Shown here: in pieces, positions 1-10,507 of the stretch | Position numbering within the stretch: position 1 is the first letter of the stretch | Layout: each line of letters opens with the position of its first letter | Virus record (IMG/VR): IMGVR_UViG_3300043418_000114 | Coordinates: 186,001 to 250,000 of that record | Strand: one strand, 5' to 3' | DNA length: 64,000 nucleotides | Translations under genes and position numbers: made by a program | The notes under the pieces: model-generated | Told to the model about the DNA's origin: nothing | Seen by the model: only the letters and a program-made list of their open reading frames with translations | The model's database searches: none

Positions 1-1
1 T

Positions 2-403
2 ACACCAGAACAAGTCTACGATTTCTTCCGCAAGCTAAAACCACTACCAGGTGGACAACTAATTATCAATTGGTTGAAAGAAAACAAAATCCCCTTTACC
101 GTACTGAGTGCTCCTCTACGGGGCCCATACGCCGATGTTAGTAAGCAAGCCAAACGTGATTGGTTAGATGAACATAATCCAGGTACTAGCGAAGATGCTA
201 TCTTTACTAGCGGCAAGCAAAAGTACGCAGTGACAGATGGTGTTGCTAATGTACTAGTTGACGATTTTGGACCCTATATCCAAAAATGGACAGATGCTGG
301 CGGCATACCCGTCAAGCATGAGGATGAATCAGAAGTTGCAAGTGCCGCTGAGGACACTATTGAGAAACTAGAAAAGATTTATTCTCCTTATCTAAAACGA
401 TAA
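2..403 (+). CDS. HAD-family 5'(3')-nucleotidase-like protein (5' truncated by window)
   Basis: Open frame from window start; 'TVLSAP...K..WL...K.KYA...NVLVDD' HAD-like motifs. Confidence 0.6.
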   Translation, partial: TPEQVYDFFRKLKPLPGGQLIINWLKENKIPFTVLSAPLRGPYADVSKQAKRDWLDEHNPGTSEDAIFTSGKQKYAVTDGVANVLVDDFGPYIQKWTDAGGIPVKHEDESEVASAAEDTIEKLEKIYSPYLKR

Positions 404-410
404 GTAGTAG

Positions 411-596
411 ATGACTGCTCCAGGACAAAACCAAACACGTTACGAAGTTATAACACAAGAAGATCCAGAAACTGGTGATCTTCTTATGCCTATTCCACCT
501 GAACTATTGAAAAGTCTGGGATGGAAAGAAGGCGACGAAATAGAATTCGGCATCGACGACTCTGGTAATTATATTCTAAAACGAGTTGATAAATGA
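411..596 (+). CDS. AbrB/MazE-like swapped-hairpin DNA-binding protein
   Basis: 'LLMPIPPELLKSLGWKEGDEIEF' pattern. Confidence 0.65.
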   Translation: MTAPGQNQTRYEVITQEDPETGDLLMPIPPELLKSLGWKEGDEIEFGIDDSGNYILKRVDK

Positions 597-1000
597 GCGA
601 ATACGACATAGATTTATCGGACATGGCTTACACAACACTAACATCACCTAATTCAAGTTTAGTCCGGGGTGCAACTGGAACAACAGCAACAAACAACGTA
701 TACACAGTAGCAGGATCAAACGGGTCAAGTGCCATGTGGTCTGATACTGTTACTATATCTGCGGCACCCCACCCATCACTTGCAGTAAAAGGTGATGCCA
801 CGTTTGAAGGCGATGTTAAAATCAATGGCAAGTCAATCGGTGACTCACTTGAGCGTATTGAAGAACGACTAGCTATCTTACGTCCTAACGAAGAACTAGA
901 AGAAAAGTGGGAAAACTTACGTGGCTTACGTAAGATGTATATGGACCTCGAAGCTGAGATTATTGAGAAAGAAAAGATGTGGGGTATACTCAAAAAGTGA
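593..1000 (+). CDS. Hypothetical phage protein with C-terminal coiled coil
   Basis: ATGA overlap with previous gene; 135 aa. Confidence 0.6.
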   Translation: MSEYDIDLSDMAYTTLTSPNSSLVRGATGTTATNNVYTVAGSNGSSAMWSDTVTISAAPHPSLAVKGDATFEGDVKINGKSIGDSLERIEERLAILRPNEELEEKWENLRGLRKMYMDLEAEIIEKEKMWGILKK

Positions 1001-1061
1001 TACTTGACAATTAACTAAATTCCAATATAATAGCGCATATATCAACTATGTCCAAACAGCC

Positions 1062-1457
1062 ATGACAATGCATCTCGCACATCCCTCCCTTTCCATGGGT
1101 GGCAAGCGCAAAGGCAAAAAGAAATTTCGCAATGCAGACGAAGCACGTAAAGCACGTGAGCTTGATGCTGAGTGGGAACAAAAGCAAAAAGAGTGGGCTA
1201 AACTCAGTCCACTTGCTAACAAAAAAACAACATTCAAGCCTGCACCTTCCCTGAGTCCGCAGATTCCTGCAGGCCGTGATACAACTCGTCACATCAAGAG
1301 TCTAGACACTGGTCACACTGGTGCAATCGCTAGTAAACAAATCCCACAGTACACTGGCACTAAGATCATCGGCATTGGCACCCTGCACAAATCAAATGCT
1401 GTGCCTATTTTCAGTGATGAAGAAGCGGTTGAAATTTCAAGGATGCGCCGTGGCTAA
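1062..1457 (+). CDS. Hypothetical basic phage protein
   Basis: 131 aa ORF downstream of TTGACA-N17-TATAAT (1004-1032). Confidence 0.6.
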   Translation: MTMHLAHPSLSMGGKRKGKKKFRNADEARKARELDAEWEQKQKEWAKLSPLANKKTTFKPAPSLSPQIPAGRDTTRHIKSLDTGHTGAIASKQIPQYTGTKIIGIGTLHKSNAVPIFSDEEAVEISRMRRG

Positions 1458-1701
1458 TTTCTATTTTGAGATTGCTGACTGCATGATAGACAAAGTTGGC
1501 GGCAAGTATTACATGACCAGTAAGTCAATCACTAGTAATCTTGCCGGAAAATCTCAACGACTATTAGAGTATAGCGATAGGGCTTGGTGCGAAAAAGAAG
1601 GCGCAGTCTGGTTTATTAAACACCGCATGGATCCAACTGCCGAAGTTGACTTGAAGGAATTCATGTGGATCAAACTTAGTGCGGAGGATGTACGTGGTTA
1701 A
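1450..1701 (+). CDS. Hypothetical protein (paralog of 1694-1981)
   Basis: Probable GTG start; shared 'DRxW.E...LKEFMWIKL.A' motif. Confidence 0.55.
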   Translation: MANFYFEIADCMIDKVGGKYYMTSKSITSNLAGKSQRLLEYSDRAWCEKEGAVWFIKHRMDPTAEVDLKEFMWIKLSAEDVRG

Positions 1702-1981
1702 TCAAAAAACTCCAGCAATGGTCAATCAATACTATTGTGAGTTAGAGCATGGCTATCAGAGCATTGAAGCTGGCATCTATACTTTCAACAAAGGCCAAGG
1801 CACAAGACACCCTGCTAGTAAATTGCGATATATAGATATTGCTGATAGAGTTTGGAAAGAAAACGAAGTTGGCGTATTTGTAATAAAAAATACTCACAAG
1901 AGCGTAGGTATACCAAACAAACTCGCAGGTGACGAGTTGAAAGAGTTTATGTGGATTAAACTCAAAGCACAAGATATTTAA
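1694..1981 (+). CDS. Hypothetical protein (paralog of 1450-1701)
   Basis: GGAGG SD before GTG; shared C-terminal motif. Confidence 0.55.
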   Translation: MVNQKTPAMVNQYYCELEHGYQSIEAGIYTFNKGQGTRHPASKLRYIDIADRVWKENEVGVFVIKNTHKSVGIPNKLAGDELKEFMWIKLKAQDI

Positions 1982-2002
1982 GGAGCGTAAAGCAAAACAC
2001 AT

Positions 2003-2218
2003 ATGGCAAAAGAAGAAACTATCAATATGGAAGGTAGCGTCATTGAGGTACTACCCAATGCGACATTCCGTGTAACCCTAACATCTGGTCAGACCGTTAT
2101 GGGATTTATCTCAGGCAAGATGCGACAGCATAACATCAAGATTCTACTTGGCGACAGAGTAGAAATTGAGTTCAGTCCATACGACTTGAGTAAAGGACGC
2201 ATTACAAGGCGCAAGTAA
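2003..2218 (+). CDS. infA: Translation initiation factor IF-1
   Basis: [19 protein letters not shown]...ISGKMR...[17 protein letters not shown]. Confidence 0.95.
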   Translation: MAKEETINMEGSVIEVLPNATFRVTLTSGQTVMGFISGKMRQHNIKILLGDRVEIEFSPYDLSKGRITRRK

Positions 2219-2838
2219 TGCAATTCTATGACAAGTATATTGGTCATTCTCTCGGCAATGACTTTAACAGTCTTGGACATAGATGTAGAGAAATAGATGA
2301 CATAAATCATCGAAATTATATATTGTTTGTTGGTGACAATATAACGCTTGGGTTAGGTACCTCCATTGAGGAAACGTATCCGTATCTAGTCAGTAAACAA
2401 TTGAACATGGATTACTACAATCTTGCGGTGTTCAATGGTGGATTGGATGCATCCAAGTATAATATGATATCATGGCAAGCGAATCAACCTACGCCTAGAG
2501 CTATCGTAGTTGGACATGAGTTCTTAAATTCATTCCTTACAGCAGATCAGAATTTTCAAAACTGGAAAACATGTGATTTATCCGATGCTAGCGTTCAGGA
2601 TATTTTTGATGCTGGCAATACAAATGGCTTTTTTACCACGAGACAATTCTTAGCTGAAAAGATATTGAAGAATCTAATAAAGGTTCCTATCTATCAGATA
2701 GTGTTCAATGACAAAACACCACTGTTTACTAGTGGGATAGTCAATATAAAATATGATGGTGATCCATACAATCACACCGATATCACGACTGTGGTAGTGA
2801 ATGCAATGCGTACTAATACGAGAAAGATGCTACCATGA
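2218..2838 (+). CDS. SGNH-hydrolase-like hypothetical protein
   Basis: 'ILFVGDNITLG...YYNLAV.NG'; paralog of next ORF. Confidence 0.5.
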   Translation: MQFYDKYIGHSLGNDFNSLGHRCREIDDINHRNYILFVGDNITLGLGTSIEETYPYLVSKQLNMDYYNLAVFNGGLDASKYNMISWQANQPTPRAIVVGHEFLNSFLTADQNFQNWKTCDLSDASVQDIFDAGNTNGFFTTRQFLAEKILKNLIKVPIYQIVFNDKTPLFTSGIVNIKYDGDPYNHTDITTVVVNAMRTNTRKMLP

Positions 2839-3566
2839 AGTTTCATGGCGATTTCATAGGTTTAGACAATCAGAATCAAATAGAACAGTTCACTGGTGGT
2901 GATTCTAAGAATCAGTTCGAGCGTCATTTGATTACTCAGCCAGATGATTGGTATTATAGAAATACAGCTATCACATATCAATTTAACGACAATGGTCATC
3001 GTTGTAAGAACATAGAAGATGTAGACTTAGACAATTACATATTGTTCACTGGTTGCAGTCACACTATGGGAATTGGATTAGAGCTAGAAAAGACATATCC
3101 ATATCTTGTCAGTAAACGTTTAGGATATGATTACTACAATCTTGCAATTCCGGCAACTGGCATAGATGTAGTTGAATACAATTTGTTGACTTGGTGGGCA
3201 ACTATAGAGAAAAAGCCAAAATACGTATTCGTGCAGTTGCCAGATCATAGTAGATTTGTGTCATATTTTGCACAATATGATCACCTGGTAGAGCGGGGCA
3301 CGTGGTCGATTGACGATAGGGATTTACGTTTCATTGTGAATGGCGAAGACTCTGGATTCTTTCATGCCAGAAAGATTCTTCATCTAAATAACATTAAGAA
3401 TACAGTGAATGTGCCATTGTACACATTTAACTTTGGGGCACAAGTTTCATATGGATCAGAAGACTGGTGTATGAAACAGATAGATAAAGCAAGAGACTTA
3501 TCTCACAGTGGGATATTGTCCAATATTGAGTTTTCGAATCAAGTTTGTAATAGGATACCATTATGA
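2835..3566 (+). CDS. SGNH-hydrolase-like hypothetical protein
   Basis: 'GCSHTMG...YNLAIPATG...RDLSHSG' (GxS...DxxH). Confidence 0.55.
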   Translation: MKFHGDFIGLDNQNQIEQFTGGDSKNQFERHLITQPDDWYYRNTAITYQFNDNGHRCKNIEDVDLDNYILFTGCSHTMGIGLELEKTYPYLVSKRLGYDYYNLAIPATGIDVVEYNLLTWWATIEKKPKYVFVQLPDHSRFVSYFAQYDHLVERGTWSIDDRDLRFIVNGEDSGFFHARKILHLNNIKNTVNVPLYTFNFGAQVSYGSEDWCMKQIDKARDLSHSGILSNIEFSNQVCNRIPL

Positions 3567-3883
3567 TAACATTAACAGAATCGGCAATTGCCAAAATAGC
3601 AGAAGTATTAGAGGACGAGAGTCCAAGTTCCAGACTTAGAATGTATGTCCAGGGCGGTGGATGCGCTGGTTTCTCATATGGATTTACCATCGACGATCAA
3701 ACTAACGACGATGACTTTGAAATCCCAGCTGGCGCTACGACAGTTCTAGTTGATAGCATGAGCGCACAGTATTTGACTGGTAGCACAGTAGATTATGAGG
3801 AAAGTCTAATGGGTGCCAGCTTTAAAATCAAGAATCCACAAGCACAATCTACCTGCGGATGCGGAGCCAGTTTTAGCGCATAA
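3563..3883 (+). CDS. erpA: A-type Fe-S cluster carrier (ErpA/IscA)
   Basis: GGGCAGFSYGF and NPQAQSTCGCGASF motifs. Confidence 0.92.
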   Translation: MITLTESAIAKIAEVLEDESPSSRLRMYVQGGGCAGFSYGFTIDDQTNDDDFEIPAGATTVLVDSMSAQYLTGSTVDYEESLMGASFKIKNPQAQSTCGCGASFSA

Positions 3884-3937
3884 TCCAGAGTTGCCCGTTT
3901 CTCCTTTATTGATAAATACAATAATAAGGATGAAAAC

Positions 3938-5167
3938 ATGGCAATTCCAGGCATTCAAGTCATTAATGTTGGCTTACCTAATGAATCAGCAAACAGCGAT
4001 TCAATACGTAACGCATTTAACAAAACCGTAACTAATTTTAACACTCTATTCGATAACGCTAGTCCGTATAATACATACACTGGCAACACTGGCATTTCAG
4101 TAGCGGCAAATGCTACTAGCGGCACAGTAGACATAACGAATACAGGCGTCACTAACATCATAGCTGGTACTAACATTGTTGTTAGTCAAGCGAATGGTAA
4201 CGTAACAATCTCTGCTACTGGCGGAGGTGGTGGATCTGGAGGCACAGTCACCAGCGTTGGCATCGTGCCAGGAAGCACAAGTAGACTGACTGTTTCAAAC
4301 AGCCCAGTAGTGTCTGCTGGCAACATGACAATCGACTTGGCCACTAGTGGTGCGATTGCTGGCTCATATGTATATCCAGCAATCACAGTTGATAGCTATG
4401 GTCGTGTTACTAACATTGCAAATGGCGCTAGCGTTGGCACTGTCACTAGCGTTGGTATTACCCCTGGTGCAGGTATCCAAGTCACTGGAACTAACCCAAT
4501 AACGACTTCTGGCACACTTACAGTGGTGAACACTGGCGTAACTAGTTTGAGCGCTGGTACGGGCATTATGCTAAGTGGAAGTAACGGTAACGTCACTATC
4601 AGTACTAGCACATCAGGTGGTACCGTAACTAGTATTGTACTCAGTAGTTCAACATTAACAGTAACTGGTAGTCCAATTACCAGTGCTGGCACAATCACTG
4701 TAGATTTGCCAAGCACGATAACCTTGTCTGGTAACATCACAGGTGGTAACTTAAAGACTGCTGGTATAGTATCTGCTACTGGCAATATTAGTGGTGGCAA
4801 TCTATTGTCATCAGGCGGAATCCTCTCAAACAACAGTTCTGGCATTGGTTATGCAACAGGCTCAGGTGGCACAGTCACTCAACTAACATCACGCACAACT
4901 GGTGTAACAATCAACAAGATTTCTGGCGCAATCACTCTATTCTCTGCCGCTGGCACATCATCATATACAACGTTTACTGTCACGAACAGCACAGTAGCGG
5001 CAACTGACGTAATTATCGTCAATCAAAAATCTGGTACTGACAAGTATGAAGCATTCGTAACTAACGTTTCATCTGGTAGTTTTGACATTACTTTCTCAGA
5101 TACTTCAGGTACAACTACTGAGCAACCAGTATTCAATTTCGCTGTTATCAAGGCAGTGGCGGCATAA
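3938..5167 (+). CDS. Gly/Thr/Ser-rich virion fibre-like protein
   Basis: Repeated 'GTVTSV' and 'AGTGI' units; ATAAATA upstream. Confidence 0.6.
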   Translation: MAIPGIQVINVGLPNESANSDSIRNAFNKTVTNFNTLFDNASPYNTYTGNTGISVAANATSGTVDITNTGVTNIIAGTNIVVSQANGNVTISATGGGGGSGGTVTSVGIVPGSTSRLTVSNSPVVSAGNMTIDLATSGAIAGSYVYPAITVDSYGRVTNIANGASVGTVTSVGITPGAGIQVTGTNPITTSGTLTVVNTGVTSLSAGTGIMLSGSNGNVTISTSTSGGTVTSIVLSSSTLTVTGSPITSAGTITVDLPSTITLSGNITGGNLKTAGIVSATGNISGGNLLSSGGILSNNSSGIGYATGSGGTVTQLTSRTTGVTINKISGAITLFSAAGTSSYTTFTVTNSTVAATDVIIVNQKSGTDKYEAFVTNVSSGSFDITFSDTSGTTTEQPVFNFAVIKAVAA

Positions 5168-5176
5168 GGATAAGAA

Positions 5177-6856
5177 ATGATAATCGGATCAATAACAATA
5201 ACATCTTTAGACTCAATCGGCAACAATGTTGCTGGCGATACTCTAATACCGGTTGTAAACATGGATGGTGTCCCAACGACACAAAAGATGACAGTGGCCA
5301 ACTTAATGCAAGCTGGCATAGGAGCTAATCTAGGACCTGTTGCTAATGTGACAATCTCAGGTGGCACTAACGGATACGTACTACAAACAGATGGTACTGG
5401 TAATTTAAGTTGGACTGCTCAGACTGGTGGGGGCGGTAACGGATCAGTGGGCGGTGCGAACACACAAGTTCAATTCAATGATGCTGGTAATTTCGGCGGC
5501 GATACTGGATTTACATTTGATAAAACCACCGGTGCATTAGCAGTTACGAAACTAGATACAGCGACGGTGTATCACTTAAATGGTGTAGTTGTAGAAAACG
5601 CTGATTTAACACACGGTGCAACTTCTGCACTAATTATTCCAACAAATGGAAACACAACTAATCCAGCACAGTTAAACAACTTTTATGGAAACGTTATTGT
5701 CACTAGTGGTGTTGATGTTGACCATCTTAAGGTATGGACATTTAATGCTAATGGCGCAATCACTTTTCCTAATCAACCTACTAATCAGCGAACTGGTAGT
5801 GGCGAAGCACTAATGTTTGCCAAAACAGGCACTCAGAAAATAATTGGCACACAAACAGGAACAGCAAATATACCAGTCGTAGAACGATTAGTAGTTGCAG
5901 GTGGTGATGGATTTGATACTGGTGAAGGTGGTGATATCTATCTATGGGCCGGCTCAAGTGGAGCCAACGGTGGCGGCGGCGGTGATATCAAAGTAGATGG
6001 TGGCACTGGCTACAATGGTAGCGAGGGAGGTACTATTAAGATTCGCGGTGGACAGAGTAATGACACTGGTAATGGTGCTGGATATGGCGGTTTTGTTGAA
6101 ATCTATGCCGGTAGTGGCAAGTACGGTGCACCAGTTGACATTCGTTCCGGTCAAGGTGACAGTCAAGCTAATAGTGCTGATATCAGATTGAACACACCGT
6201 ACGGCGGACAGTGGACGTTTGATAATTATGGCAACTTAACACTACCAAGTGGCGGCAAACTAGGCTATGCTGGCATGGGATGGACAGGTCTGCATGGTGC
6301 TAATACTGGGACTCCGTTGGAAGTAACGGCATACACTAATACTGGAAATACTTCTTCACAACTATTCCTTAATAATAATGGAAGTCTAGCACTCTTTACT
6401 TCCGATGAAGCTAACGCAAACTCTTATTCATGGAATTATAACAGCAATGGTAGTTTGACATTACCTAATATTGGTGTAGGTGTCGGATTAGATGAACAAA
6501 CAGTAATTCAAAGTCAACGTAAGATTATACCACCAAATCGTTATAGCGCATTAATTGATGGTAATACACCAACTGTAGTTTATACTGCTAGTCAGGGTTC
6601 ATTATCACTAAAAACAACACTTGTTGTCCAACATGCTGGTTTTGGATTAGAGATGTTTGATGTGTCCGCAGTCAGTGCGGGCGCTAATGTTATCTATAGT
6701 GTAAGCAATAGATTGAATGCTACTGGTCAACCTGATACTACAGCAGTAGTTGATTGGGATAGTACTCAACTAGCAATAACATTGACTGTTAATTCAGGCG
6801 CAACTACAAGTTGGGTAACATACGATTCTACCGAATTCGGTATCGCAGTAGACTAA
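5177..6856 (+). CDS. Gly-rich tail-fibre-like protein
   Basis: 'VLQTDGTGNLSW', 'GANTQVQFND.G.FGG' and 'WTF...G.LTLP' fibre-type motifs. Confidence 0.6.
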   Translation: MIIGSITITSLDSIGNNVAGDTLIPVVNMDGVPTTQKMTVANLMQAGIGANLGPVANVTISGGTNGYVLQTDGTGNLSWTAQTGGGGNGSVGGANTQVQFNDAGNFGGDTGFTFDKTTGALAVTKLDTATVYHLNGVVVENADLTHGATSALIIPTNGNTTNPAQLNNFYGNVIVTSGVDVDHLKVWTFNANGAITFPNQPTNQRTGSGEALMFAKTGTQKIIGTQTGTANIPVVERLVVAGGDGFDTGEGGDIYLWAGSSGANGGGGGDIKVDGGTGYNGSEGGTIKIRGGQSNDTGNGAGYGGFVEIYAGSGKYGAPVDIRSGQGDSQANSADIRLNTPYGGQWTFDNYGNLTLPSGGKLGYAGMGWTGLHGANTGTPLEVTAYTNTGNTSSQLFLNNNGSLALFTSDEANANSYSWNYNSNGSLTLPNIGVGVGLDEQTVIQSQRKIIPPNRYSALIDGNTPTVVYTASQGSLSLKTTLVVQHAGFGLEMFDVSAVSAGANVIYSVSNRLNATGQPDTTAVVDWDSTQLAITLTVNSGATTSWVTYDSTEFGIAVD

Positions 6857-6909
6857 TAACAGTGGTACAACCCAAGTTGTAAATTGGGGCTATACAAAGC
6901 TATAAAATG

Positions 6910-6935
6910 AAAAAGCCCCTCACTTGGGGCTTTTT
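6910..6935. terminator. Bidirectional intrinsic terminator
   Basis: AAAAAGCCCC-tcactt-GGGGCTTTTT at the convergence of + and - gene blocks. Confidence 0.7.
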
Positions 6936-8458
6936 GCTTTCTTTGGGGTCTTCATCTGAGACAACATGTGTTCAGCGTACTTATGCATACACATCACTGG
7001 AATATTGTCCCAGTATTCTTCTAGATAAAATGGACAACTACCGATCCACTGATTTGTGTCAATGTAATGTTTCAGTTCACGTAAATCTTCATCCCGTGTA
7101 GGATCAAAAAGCCGACGATTACTGACCGCATTAAGTAGAGAATATCGCATGGTTAGCTATCCATTTCCATTGAGTTGTATTCTTTAACAACATCAAGTAC
7201 TTCTTCCTCTGTGTTACAGATAATTTTACAGTTCTTCCATTCACTGTCGTCATCGCGGCCGCCAACTTCGACCATCCAACCATTGTCGTAACGATTGATT
7301 GTAATTGATTCGTTTACTTTTGCTAGTTTGCCTAGTTTATTTGCCATTGTTACTTCTCCTTAAAACTTAATGATATCAAATAACTCAGAGTGAGTCAACT
7401 ATTTGTTTACCATTAACCTGGAATAGCACTCTCAGACATAAGAAGACGACCGTACTGTGCTTTTGCCATCTGCACAGCTTGATGGGGATTATCAGCACGA
7501 ATCATCACACGACCAAAGCCTGCACCAGGTTCGTCTTTGTATTTTACCATCACATAATATGTGTTCATTTTACAACTCCAGTTAAAGTGAATTTACCAAG
7601 TGCTTCTTTTGCGTCGAACAAGTTTTCAACATCATCTAAAATCTCGGCAGTCTGTTGAATGAGTTCAGTTCGTGCCATTCTGATCAATTCGATGGCATAC
7701 TGTGCATCATCATCGCTGATTGTAGCATACCAATTCTCAAATTGTTGAGGCGACAGTGACATGATAAACAAATAATTATCGCGGTCATGTTTGTTCATTA
7801 TACGACTCCAGCTTCCTTTGTGTAATCAAGATCGAGTTTGATGTGACCATATCCATTCTTTATCAGATTGGCAGTCACTCGTGAAGATGCCATTCGCTTC
7901 ATCCAAACAGTTGTATGGACACCTCATTTAGTTTCTCGACCAGTTACTCTAGTGCCGTTGATGTAAACAGCACCCAGATTGGTGACTTCTACGTTAACTC
8001 GTTTGGATCGCATTATGCAACCTCGTATGATTTGTTCCACTGGCCGATGTTCACATCAACATACCAGCCCACATCGAAGTAATCTGATTGAATGTCCGAG
8101 TTGTTGTGATTGCCGTTGTTCATAGCAGTCATGACTTCTTGCAAGAACGTCAATGCTTTGCCATCGAAGTGGTCGTGATACCAGTAAGGGTTAACTTGAA
8201 TAGAACCTTCTGCCTTACGGAAGTTTTGTGGCTCAGCCATGTAACGAGGAGTACGGCTTACAGTACTGTTAAAGTTATCGATAAAGTCGATAGAACCAGA
8301 CTTGATGTTCAACACCAGGGTAGAGTGATTACGAACAGCAAGAGTGCCTTTGACGTTGTACTTTTTCAAGATAGCCTTGACGACTGGTGCGATTTCTGCT
8401 TTGTGATCTTGAGACATGTAAGCCATTTTGTTTCTCCGGTTTGTTTGTTGATGAATGA

Positions 8459-8487
8459 ATTATATATCCAAATCCATTCGTCGTCAA
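8459..8487 (-). promoter_or_regulatory. sigma70-type early promoter (repeat family)
   Basis: TTGACG-N17-TATAAT, spacer containing AATGGATTTGG. Confidence 0.75.
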
Positions 8488-9365
8488 GTCAAAGTTAATT
8501 TAACTTCAACAACTTCCAGGTGGGCTGTTTTTTGAGTGTAAGTGTCACGAATGCCGTCAGCCATGTCAGGTCTGGTTGAATTAGCACATTGGTCAATATA
8601 TGCTTGAACATTGGGATGATATCGATCACCGTCAATAGTCCAAGCATTGTATTGCTGTCCGTTTTTCTCACCTTTGAACATGTTCTTGATAGCTTTTTCA
8701 GCATTGGCTCGTGAAACGAATTGTGCCGCACTTTGCATGTCCATGCTAAATGAACGGAAGTTTTGACCTGTACAAAATGCGCCAGTTTCTGTTTCACGAA
8801 TTACAAACATTTTTGTCCTTAGTTAAAAACTTGACCATCAGCACGAATTTGTGTGATGTTCTCAACATCGAACGTGCGAATCACAACTTTGTCAGACAAG
8901 CCACCTTGTTCGCCTTCGCTAGCTTCTTGGAGACCTTGAATGCTAGATGCAGGAACAACATTCCCGTCAAGAGTGAAGTAAGATGCGCCAGCTTTCAGGA
9001 AGATCACTTCAAGATAGTGCTTAGTATCGCCGTTCTTAGTATGTTCAACGATTGGCATGTTCTCAAGACGAGTACCCCATTGACGAGGACCCAGTGTGAA
9101 GTTTGCAGGGTCTTTGCCTTCTGCAATCAAGCGACGATTAACCATATTCTCGTAGCCGTTGGAGTTTTTGTTTTGAAACACCATGACGTTAGCACCAGTC
9201 ATGAACTTCTGAACACGACCTTGATGTGGGTTAGACTTACCGCCAGTAAGTTTAGGAACAGTAACAGTGTCGATAGTTACGAAAGAAGCGCCATTAACGT
9301 TTGCGATGGCGTTGAGAACTTGAGCGTATTTCATTTTTAACTCCGTTTTGTGTGTTGATGGATGA

Positions 9366-9394
9366 ATTATATGCCCAAACCCATTTAATGTCAA
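9366..9394 (-). promoter_or_regulatory. sigma70-type early promoter (repeat family)
   Basis: TTGACA-TTAAATGGGTTTGGGCA-TATAAT. Confidence 0.8.
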
Positions 9395-10478
9395 CCGTTT
9401 TTAGGAATTAATTGTATTAAATGGGTCAGTTTCGTCGTATTGTTGATCGTGAATACTTTCTACTACATCGTAGACAAAGGTAACAGGCACTCCCAATCTG
9501 ACCGCAATCATCTTGGGAGGCACATCCTCGTCCAGCAACATTTCGATTTCAAGTGCTAGTTCGGACATGTGGCTCATTTTGAGGAATTACTAGTAGTGTG
9601 AAACATAATGCCAGTCAGGATGTTCAAACCCCAGGCTTGCAACCAGGTAACTTCTTTGACACCAGTAACAGCGTCAACCAAGCAACCATTCCACAACATG
9701 TACACTGGCCAACTCAGCAAAAAACTGACGAAGACCAAGAGTGCGATGCCAAAAACTACAGTGATAAGTTTTGCTAGAAAATTCATGATGATTCCTTTAA
9801 TTGTATGGATTACTTACTATTGATTTCTTTAATCTTTTGCTCATACTCAAGTCGGTTGAGCGTGATTGCGTAGAACAAATAAATGAACCAAGCGACGAGG
9901 CCGCCCCCAATCGCATTGCCAATGATCTGAGCGGGCACATTTGCAACAATGAATGCAACGGCGAATGAACCTGCAATTACACTAACAATGATGCCTGCTG
10001 TAATAAGCATTGCTTTTTGTTTAAGGGAGAGAGTCATATTTTTCCTTTATAGAGGAGGGTTGAGAAATCTTACATTGTCTTTAACAAATGCATCGTTAGA
10101 TCAGGGCCGCCGATCAATACACATTGTTGTGTGTATTTTAAGTAGCCGGTATCTGAGCGATAACCTGTTAGCATGGGAACTACACGAACTTGTTTGGGCG
10201 TTACCTTAATTACTTTGCCCACATATAACATATTATGATGGCAGAATGCCACCGCGTCATCTTCTTTTACTTCACGACCTAACAGGTCTTTGTGCTGTTC
10301 TTCTGGTTGTTTAATAGTCATCTTTGTATCTATGTTTCGGGCGACGATTGTATTGCCCCTTCTTAGGCTTTTCAACCTTAGGCTGGAAGGGCAATTCATC
10401 ATCAAACAGTGCCTTGTGGACACGGCGTTTCATGGGCTCGATTCGGAAGGTGATAGTTTCTCGTTTCATAGTGAGAGT

Positions 10479-10507
10479 ATTATACTTCCAAATCGAGTTC
10501 TTGTCAA
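10479..10507 (-). promoter_or_regulatory. sigma70-type promoter
   Basis: TTGACA-N17-TATAAT. Confidence 0.7.

Larger units (their letters stand above)
6920..10321 (-). other. Block of small hypothetical early genes (6920-7150, 7153-7347, 7565-7798, 8013-8426, 8484-8810, 8819-9334, 9574-9786, 9810-10037, 10070-10321)
   Basis: Tandem minus-strand ORFs with SD sites and sigma70 promoters. Confidence 0.6.

Noticed and set aside
3955-6191. Antisense ORFs and short repeats in the fibre-like genes
   Set aside because: Explained by low-complexity Gly/Thr/Val codon usage on the + strand.
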